Source: Abditibacteriaceae bacterium
Lineage (GTDB): Bacteria > Armatimonadota > Abditibacteriia > Abditibacteriales > Abditibacteriaceae
Length of the DNA: 30,670 nucleotides
Direction of reading: 5' to 3'
Assembly: GCA_031425655.1 (NCBI GenBank)
Contig: JANPJS010000126.1
Span: forward strand, 1-30,670
This document shows, piece after piece, positions 24,707 to 30,670 of this stretch (the first letter of the stretch is position 1; every line of letters starts with the position of its first letter). The translations under genes and the position numbers were made by a program. The notes below the pieces were generated by a model. It searched no databases, had not been told where the DNA came from, and was given only the letters and a program-made list of their open reading frames with translations.

Positions 24707-24781
24707 CAGAAACGTAACGATTTGGGGCTGTTTCAGCGCCTTTTGGCACTTGCGACACTTTTTTGATAAATCCAACGCGAG

Positions 24782-25228
24782 TTAAGCATCATCCGCAGTG
24801 CCGGGCGCGCCTCCGAGCGGGTCTTCAACCCACCAGAAGCCGTCAACGGCCACTTCTTTTTTCCAAATCGGCACACGCGATTTCACTTCATCCACGGCCC
24901 AGTGGCACGCCTCGAAGGCTTCTTTGCGATGCGCCGATGCGACCGCCACCACGATGCTGGCTTCGCCGACTTGCAGGCGTCCCAAACGATGCGCCATCGC
25001 GCAGGGCAAGGCCCAGCGCCGATGCACTTCGCCGACGATGCGCTGCATTTCGGCTTTTGCCATCGGTTCATACGCCGAATATTCCAGGTATTGAATGCGG
25101 TGTCCCAGCGACAAATTTCGCACCGTGCCGACGAAGGTCACGACCGCGCCAGCTCCGTCGCCGAGTTCGGCGCTCGCGGCCCGCGTGACTTCGCTAATGG
25201 GCAGTTCGGTTTCGACAATTTGAATCAT
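24782..25228 (-). CDS. moaE: Molybdopterin synthase catalytic subunit
   Basis: GAVVTFVGTVRN, LEYSAYEPMA, HRLGRL.VGEASIVVAVASAHR.EAFEAC, K..VPIWKKE; ATG 25228 preferred. Confidence 0.95.
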   Translation of the reverse strand: MIQIVETELPISEVTRAASAELGDGAGAVVTFVGTVRNLSLGHRIQYLEYSAYEPMAKAEMQRIVGEVHRRWALPCAMAHRLGRLQVGEASIVVAVASAHRKEAFEACHWAVDEVKSRVPIWKKEVAVDGFWWVEDPLGGAPGTADDA

Positions 25229-25238
25229 GGCGGGCGTT

Positions 25239-25502
25239 TTAACCACCGGCAACCGGCGGAATCAGGGCGATTTCATCGCCCGGCTTTATCGGGGTTTCCG
25301 GCGTTGCATAAGCGCAATTCACGGCAACGCGAAGGTGCGGCAGCCACTTGGCAATGGCCGGGCATTGCTCTTCGACAGCGCGCAGTAATCCGGCGACCGT
25401 TGCCGGTTCAGCGCCCGGCAGATGCACGGAAATCACATCGGCGCCCGCCGCATCGCGCAAGGACGCGAACAGCAAAAGCGCGAACGTGTTCTCTGTTTCC
25501 AT
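25239..25502 (-). CDS. moaD: Molybdopterin synthase sulfur carrier subunit
   Basis: LLFASLRDAAG...VAVN..YA......GDEIALIPPVAGG with C-terminal GG; adjacent to moaE. Confidence 0.93.
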   Translation of the reverse strand: METENTFALLLFASLRDAAGADVISVHLPGAEPATVAGLLRAVEEQCPAIAKWLPHLRVAVNCAYATPETPIKPGDEIALIPPVAGG

Positions 25503-25504
25503 GC

Positions 25505-27964
25505 TTATTGGGCCGCTAATTCAACAGTTCCCGAACCGGGCAAATCGCGCCAGATAACGACGACGCGATCTTTGGCACGAAGCGAACTGGAAACGCGCAA
25601 AGTCACCTGCGAACCGGCCACATCGGCGCGCGGCACCGGCGTCGGATTGCCATTGACTATCACGTCATAATTGCCCGCATCACTCGCTGAGTCAATGTCC
25701 AACGCGCCGGTGAACGTAAGTTGCACGGCATTGGTGCCCGCGAAAGCCTCTGCCGATGACAGTGCGGGTGATGCACTGTTTTGGATCGCCGACGCGGCAT
25801 TGAGAACCCACGCCGAGAAGTTGTCGAAGCCATCGGTCAAGTTCGCGCGATCTTTACAAAACAGCGAGACGCTCTGGCTGGTGCCCACCCACGAGCTGTT
25901 CAGCAGCGCAACGCGCCAGTTCACGGTAATCGTCGTCGTGCTGCGCGTTATTGTCGTCAGAGCGCAGTTGAGCCGCCCGCGACTGTTGCTGATGCTGCTC
26001 GCGGTGCCCGGCGCGATGCCGCCGATGTAAGAGGTGCCGGCATCGTTGAGAACATAAAGCAGGTTCGTCAGCGGATTGTATTGGGCACGGAAGCCATCGG
26101 CGGTGCCGGGGCCGACGCGCAGCAGCACTTGCGACAAGTTGCCGCTGCCGTTGGCATCGCTGTAAACCGCCGTGAGGGCGCGTTCGGCGTTCGGCGTTGA
26201 AAGCAGGTTCGGCGGCGACAGCGAAACATTGGCGGGCGCGACGTTGCCGGAAATCGTCCAGGTGCCTTTTTGGTCAAAGCCGTCTTTTGCCGCTTGTTTG
26301 TCCTGCGAGTAAAGATAGGTTTTCTGAGTCGTGCCGGCCCAGGTTCCGCTCGCTTTGAGCGCCCAGTTCACGGTCACGGTGTTGCCGGAGCGCGCAATCG
26401 TCGTCTGAGCGCAGTCAATGCTGCCCTGCCCGTTGGAAATCACATTCGCGCTGCCGACCGCGAAGCCGCCCAGCCAGAGAGTATTCGCATCGTTACGCAG
26501 GTAAATTTTGTTGTTGACCGTGTTCAACTGGCAGCGCAAAGCCGCCACAGCGCTGGTGCTGGTGTTGACGTGCAGCATGACGTAAGAAAAATCGGCGTTG
26601 CCGTTGGCATCACTAAAAGTCGTGGCGAATAAGCGCGCGCTGTTCGGCGCATTACTGGCGCTGGCCGGTGAAAGCGTGCCGTTGACCGGAGTTGCGTTCA
26701 AATCGTCGTCTCGAATCAGCACCACGCCTTGCGTGTCGGCTAAAGTGGCGTTCACCGGCGTGGTGAGATTCACGAAGAAGGTTTCATCGCCCTCAGTCGC
26801 GGTGTCGCCGATGATCGGAATTGAAATCGTGCGCGTCGTCTGGCCGATGGGGAAGGAAACGGTGCCGCTGGCGGCAGTAAAATCGCTGCCGGACGTGGCC
26901 GAATTGCTGGCCGTGGCGAAATTCGCCGAGACAACCTGCGTGCTGGCTGCCGATAAAGTAAGCGTCAAAACGGCGTTGATGGTGCCACTGTTCCCCTCGG
27001 TTACCGTTACATCGCTGATACCGATGCTTGGCGTGGACGATTGCAGCGTCCAGCCGAGGTCACGCATTATGCCCAGAATAATCGGGCCGATAGTATGCGT
27101 GTTCTCGCTACTAATCGGCGTCATCAATTCTTCGGCGATGTTGGAAGCGGTGCCATCTGGCGGACGGCTGTATTTGGTCTCGTCGAGATGCGCAGTGCTT
27201 GAACCGTCTTGATAAGGGTTCGGCGCATAGATATTCGCATTCAGATTGTTGTTGGCTGCGCGCGTATTTGTGCCGGAAAAGAAAAGGTTGGAAGTCATCG
27301 CCGCTTTGCGTTGAGCGGGAGTCAGGCTGGGAAACAACGTCGCGCCGGCACTAGACCCGTTGCTTAAATGGCGATCCCAAATGCTCGGAAGGCTCGGATT
27401 GGTAAAGAAATAGGTGCCTTCGCTGTTCATAGCGTCGAGAAAACCAAGACCATGTCCCAATTCGTGCAAGACGACCGAGTAAAAATCAATATTGTTGCCC
27501 GCATTGAGATCGGTGCCGTAATAAAATCCTGTCGAACCGAAGACATCGCCGTCCACGCGGCTATTGAATTCCGCGGTGATGTCAGGTTGGGAAGGGAAGA
27601 GATCGCTGCCCGCGAACTGGTTGCCTAAAGCACCCACATAATAAGTATTAGCCTGCGGCGCCCCGGCAAAGCCTTGAAAGAAGATAGGCGAGGCAAAGCC
27701 AAGTCGCGCCAATCCCTGCGCGTTCTCGCCGCCTAAATCTTCGAACTTGGCGCTCACCGAAATCGGCACAGTTCCGCCCAGCGTTTGCCCCCACTGCGAA
27801 GCCGCCGCTTCAAAAGCCGAGCGCCGCTGCGCGCCTAACGTCGCGTCGAAAAAGCCCTCGCCGGAAGCGTCGGAGTAAGTGACGTTGATGGTTACCGCCC
27901 GCGCGGGAGCAATCACCAGCAGAAAAACGAGGAATGCAGCAAAAGTGAAGGAGCGTTTCATCAT
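25505..27964 (-). CDS. Secreted zinc metallopeptidase-like protein with Calx-beta domain, two tandem Ig-like repeats and a C-terminal beta domain
   Basis: Signal peptide ending ARA; VVLHELGHGLGF (HExxH); YAP.PY..GSS..HLDE; Calx-beta ISDVTVTEGNSG...GSDF....GTVSF..GQT...GD...EGDETFFVNL; start probably 27964 or 27961. Confidence 0.82.
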   Translation of the reverse strand: MMKRSFTFAAFLVFLLVIAPARAVTINVTYSDASGEGFFDATLGAQRRSAFEAAASQWGQTLGGTVPISVSAKFEDLGGENAQGLARLGFASPIFFQGFAGAPQANTYYVGALGNQFAGSDLFPSQPDITAEFNSRVDGDVFGSTGFYYGTDLNAGNNIDFYSVVLHELGHGLGFLDAMNSEGTYFFTNPSLPSIWDRHLSNGSSAGATLFPSLTPAQRKAAMTSNLFFSGTNTRAANNNLNANIYAPNPYQDGSSTAHLDETKYSRPPDGTASNIAEELMTPISSENTHTIGPIILGIMRDLGWTLQSSTPSIGISDVTVTEGNSGTINAVLTLTLSAASTQVVSANFATASNSATSGSDFTAASGTVSFPIGQTTRTISIPIIGDTATEGDETFFVNLTTPVNATLADTQGVVLIRDDDLNATPVNGTLSPASASNAPNSARLFATTFSDANGNADFSYVMLHVNTSTSAVAALRCQLNTVNNKIYLRNDANTLWLGGFAVGSANVISNGQGSIDCAQTTIARSGNTVTVNWALKASGTWAGTTQKTYLYSQDKQAAKDGFDQKGTWTISGNVAPANVSLSPPNLLSTPNAERALTAVYSDANGSGNLSQVLLRVGPGTADGFRAQYNPLTNLLYVLNDAGTSYIGGIAPGTASSISNSRGRLNCALTTITRSTTTITVNWRVALLNSSWVGTSQSVSLFCKDRANLTDGFDNFSAWVLNAASAIQNSASPALSSAEAFAGTNAVQLTFTGALDIDSASDAGNYDVIVNGNPTPVPRADVAGSQVTLRVSSSLRAKDRVVVIWRDLPGSGTVELAAQ

Positions 27965-28001
27965 GATAAGCACTTCCCAAATTGGTGGCACAAAGGCGTT
28001 T

Positions 28002-30281
28002 TCATTTTGCCTTTGGTTCCGCTGAAGCGAATTTTTCGATGTCGTCTAAATTTTCGGTCAATCGGCATTCGGGCAGTGAGTGCAGAAAAGTCGCGCCGTA
28101 AGGTTTGGTGACCACGCGCGGATCGAGAATGGCGACGATGCCCCGGTCGCTGTGCGTGCGAATCAGCCTGCCAAAACCCTGACGAAACATCATTACGGCT
28201 TGCGGCACCTGATATTCGTTGAAAGGATTATGACCGTTGGCGCGCAACGCTTCAACGCGCGCCTGCACCAACGGATCGTCCGGGACGGCGAACGGCAGTT
28301 TCATAATTACCACGCAAGTCAGCGATTCGCCCGGCACGTCCACGCCCTGCCAGAAGCTCGTGGTGCCGACCAAAACCGACGCAATGTCTTCGCGGAACTC
28401 GTTGAGCAACTGGCCGCGCGCGGTTTCGCCTTGCCTCAAAATGCGGATGCCTTTGGGCATGACCTGCTGCAAAAAGCGCGCGGTTTGATCTACCATGCGA
28501 AAGCTGGTGCAAAGCACGAAAGCGCGTCCCTGCGTGCGCAACACGACTTCGGCGGCGCGCTTGATGGCCGCGTTTTCAAAATAAGCGCCGTTGGCCGGAT
28601 CAGGCACATCGCGCGCGATATATAGCAGCGCGTTCTTGCGATAATCGAACGGCGAGCCGAGCGTTAGTGTGCGAACCGGCGTTTTCGGCTCGGCTTCCGC
28701 CGTTTTCGGCTCGGTTTCCGCCGGTTCGTCCTTCTTTTCAGGGCTTTCAACCTCGCTTTGCGGCTTGACGCTGCCTTCCGGCTTGACATCGCCGTAATCC
28801 AAACCCAAACGCTGTTTCAGAAACTCGAAGTTGCCGCCGGTCGCCAGCGTCGCCGACGTGAGAATAACCGGCGAAATCGGGCCGAAAACCGATAATTGCA
28901 ACGGTTCGGCGACTTCGATGGGCGCGCCGTGCAGCGAAATGCGCGGCACGCGCGCCACTTTGCCGTCGCCGATGCGCGGCTGCGAGGCCGCCCAATAAAC
29001 GTAATCGGCTTTGGTCATCGCAATCAGGTCGCCCGCCGCTTGTTTCATCGTCGCGCAACGCGCCGCGTAGCCTTCGAGGTCTTTGGCCAAGCCGTCGTCT
29101 TCGGTTTGCGCCACGAATTTCAGGGCATCGCGCAGCACGTCTTCCAACCGCGTCATCGGTTCGTGCAGCGAATTTTCCATGAAATTCGCGCGGCGCAAAC
29201 GAAGTGTTTGCGGACGCGTGGCATCCAGCCCGGTTGTGGTTTGCAGATTCTCGAAAAAGCGGCCCGTCGCTTCGCGCGCTTCCTCGGCGGCTTCAATCAG
29301 GCGATTTTCCAAGATTTCGCGCTCGTCTTTGGGCAGATTTCCGCCCGCCAAAACCGTGTGATTAGTGCGCCGATGATGCAAAAGTTCAATCAAGCGCGCC
29401 ACGCCCAAGTTGACGAGTTCCACGCCCAAATGCGCCGACGCCACGTCTTCGATGTGATGCGCTTCGTCAATGACAAGCGCATCGAAGGCCGGCAAAACGC
29501 CGCCTCCGGCCAAAGCCGCCGCGTTGCCGCCCGCCGCCAGATGCGCGAACAGCAAATGATGATTCGCCACCAAAATATGCGCGCTATCTTGAAGACGCCG
29601 CGCCATATAATAAAACGATTGGTCGTAAAACTCGCAGTTGCGGCCCAAACATAAGTCGCTTTCGCGGTTGACCTGCGCCCACAGTTGCGACGACGGCTCG
29701 AATTTCAAATCGAGATTGCGCCCGGTTTTGCTGCGCTGCGCGAAGGCGCGAATCTTTTGCAACTGCTCAACTTCTTCGCGCGAAGCGAATAAACCTCCGG
29801 CATCGGCTTTTTGCAAGCGTCGCGGGCAAACGTAATTTTGCGAACCAAGACAAAGCGCGAAGCGAAATTCCAGCCCGGCTTTTTTCAAAAACAGATCGTG
29901 CAAAAACGGTAAATCGCGCTCGACGAGCTGTTGTTGCAGCGCTTTTGTGCCGGTTGAAATCAGCACTTTTTTGTTGTTGGCGACGGCCCACAATATGAAA
30001 GGCACGAGATAAGCGTAGCTTTTGCCGGTTCCGGTTCCGGCCTCGACCAGCAAATGCGTTTTATCTTCGATGGCCGAAGCCACGGCCTGCGCCATTTGCA
30101 TTTGTTCGGGGCGCTCCTCGAACTCACGATTCTGGCCCGGCAAAGCGTGTGAAAGCAAGCCTCCGGGCGCAAAAACGCGCTCCAGCGCCTCAGCATTGAA
30201 GGCCAAACCGAGTTCCGGCGAGGATTCTGTCGAAGAGCGACCGTTTTTGGATAAAGTGCGGCGGGGAGCGGCGAAAGGCAC
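28002..30281 (-). CDS. ATP-dependent DNA helicase, DinG/YoaA (XPD-like SF2) family
   Basis: Q motif ERPEQ; EAGTGTGKS; VANHHL; IDEAH; TSATL; SFWQGVDVPG; QGFGRLIR..SDRG; start uncertain. Confidence 0.95.
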   Translation of the reverse strand: MPFAAPRRTLSKNGRSSTESSPELGLAFNAEALERVFAPGGLLSHALPGQNREFEERPEQMQMAQAVASAIEDKTHLLVEAGTGTGKSYAYLVPFILWAVANNKKVLISTGTKALQQQLVERDLPFLHDLFLKKAGLEFRFALCLGSQNYVCPRRLQKADAGGLFASREEVEQLQKIRAFAQRSKTGRNLDLKFEPSSQLWAQVNRESDLCLGRNCEFYDQSFYYMARRLQDSAHILVANHHLLFAHLAAGGNAAALAGGGVLPAFDALVIDEAHHIEDVASAHLGVELVNLGVARLIELLHHRRTNHTVLAGGNLPKDEREILENRLIEAAEEAREATGRFFENLQTTTGLDATRPQTLRLRRANFMENSLHEPMTRLEDVLRDALKFVAQTEDDGLAKDLEGYAARCATMKQAAGDLIAMTKADYVYWAASQPRIGDGKVARVPRISLHGAPIEVAEPLQLSVFGPISPVILTSATLATGGNFEFLKQRLGLDYGDVKPEGSVKPQSEVESPEKKDEPAETEPKTAEAEPKTPVRTLTLGSPFDYRKNALLYIARDVPDPANGAYFENAAIKRAAEVVLRTQGRAFVLCTSFRMVDQTARFLQQVMPKGIRILRQGETARGQLLNEFREDIASVLVGTTSFWQGVDVPGESLTCVVIMKLPFAVPDDPLVQARVEALRANGHNPFNEYQVPQAVMMFRQGFGRLIRTHSDRGIVAILDPRVVTKPYGATFLHSLPECRLTENLDDIEKFASAEPKAK

Positions 30282-30312
30282 TGCCTCAGTTTACAAACTT
30301 GAGGAACTTTTA

Positions 30313-30588
30313 ATGAGACACGCACTTAAGGAAATGGAAATAGATCATGCTGCTTATCTGACATTATATGTTGAGAATAGGTCAAATTTACTCAGTTTGA
30401 GCTGTGGCGTCGGCCAACTGAACGACGTTTCCGCGTCCATTGCAGTAGTAGAAATCGCCCTAAACGGTCGAGTGGTCTTCACCGAAAGGAGTTACTACAA
30501 TCTGCTGAACCAGTCCACACCATCATCGCCCTTTGACCTGCCCCCAAATTCTGATCCAGTTTTAAGGTTAGTCTTTTTCTTTGTCTGA
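30313..30588 (+). other. Possible small ORF whose 3' end runs into the IS end (interrupted or spurious)
   Basis: GAGGA at 30301 and ATG 30313; AT-richer sequence; no recognisable motif. Confidence 0.2.
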
Positions 30589-30670
30589 CTCGGCTTGGGC
30601 GTTTAGGAAGGCCTGCCGAAACTCGGCGGGTGTTTGATAGCCCAAACTCGAATGGGGACGCTCTTCATTG
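30534..30670 (-). mobile_element. Right end of an IS3-family insertion sequence (IS407-group-like), partial
   Basis: Terminal sequence TGACCTGCCCCCAAATTCTGATCCAG at 30534, about 35 nt beyond the transposase stop. Confidence 0.82.
30568..30669 (-). CDS. IS3-family transposase OrfB C-terminus (partial; not in the ORF track)
   Basis: Minus frame reads NEERPHSSLGYQTPAEFRQAFLNAQAESDKEKD*; RPHSSLGY.TP.EF is the IS3 integrase-core tail motif. Confidence 0.88.
   Translation of the reverse strand, partial: NEERPHSSLGYQTPAEFRQAFLNAQAESDKEKD

Noticed and set aside
24744..24762. TGGCAC as a sigma54 promoter
   Set aside because: TTGC follows immediately rather than at the required -24/-12 spacing, and no + strand gene follows
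25239..30281. DinG plus ubiquitin-like protein as a defence or type IV CRISPR module
   Set aside because: The Ubl is a canonical MoaD next to MoaE; no E1/E2/JAB or csf genes; the helicase looks like housekeeping YoaA/DinG

Overview
Bacterial genomic window of moderately high GC. The gene content resembles PVC and Armatimonadota/Abditibacteriota, but that assignment is only an inference. The + strand carries four gene groups. (i) An exported DUF1552 / multi-domain Planctomycete-type cytochrome c (DUF1592-like) / DUF1552 / hypothetical cluster, interrupted by a GxxExxY (PD-(D/E)xK) nuclease gene enclosed by long palindromes built from CACGGATGAA units. (ii) A membrane protein / TPR-TM / TPR-AAA+ ATPase operon. 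(iii) An ArsR-SRPBCC-VOC-VOC operon with a clear promoter, a double operator and a frameshifted SRPBCC relic. (iv) A secreted GtaA-like six-hairpin enzyme. The - strand carries a 1846-aa TPR/beta-propeller/HEAT protein, a Tat-exported sulfatase, a sigma70-family factor whose RBS lies inside a perfect 16-bp hairpin, moaE, moaD, a Calx-beta zinc peptidase, a DinG/YoaA helicase and the right end of an IS3-family element. Intergenic DNA is very rich in REP/MITE-like palindromes, including a four-level nested element at 23204-23690 that contains a 158-bp IS4-like MITE with a 10-bp target-site duplication. No CRISPR array, tRNA or rRNA was seen.
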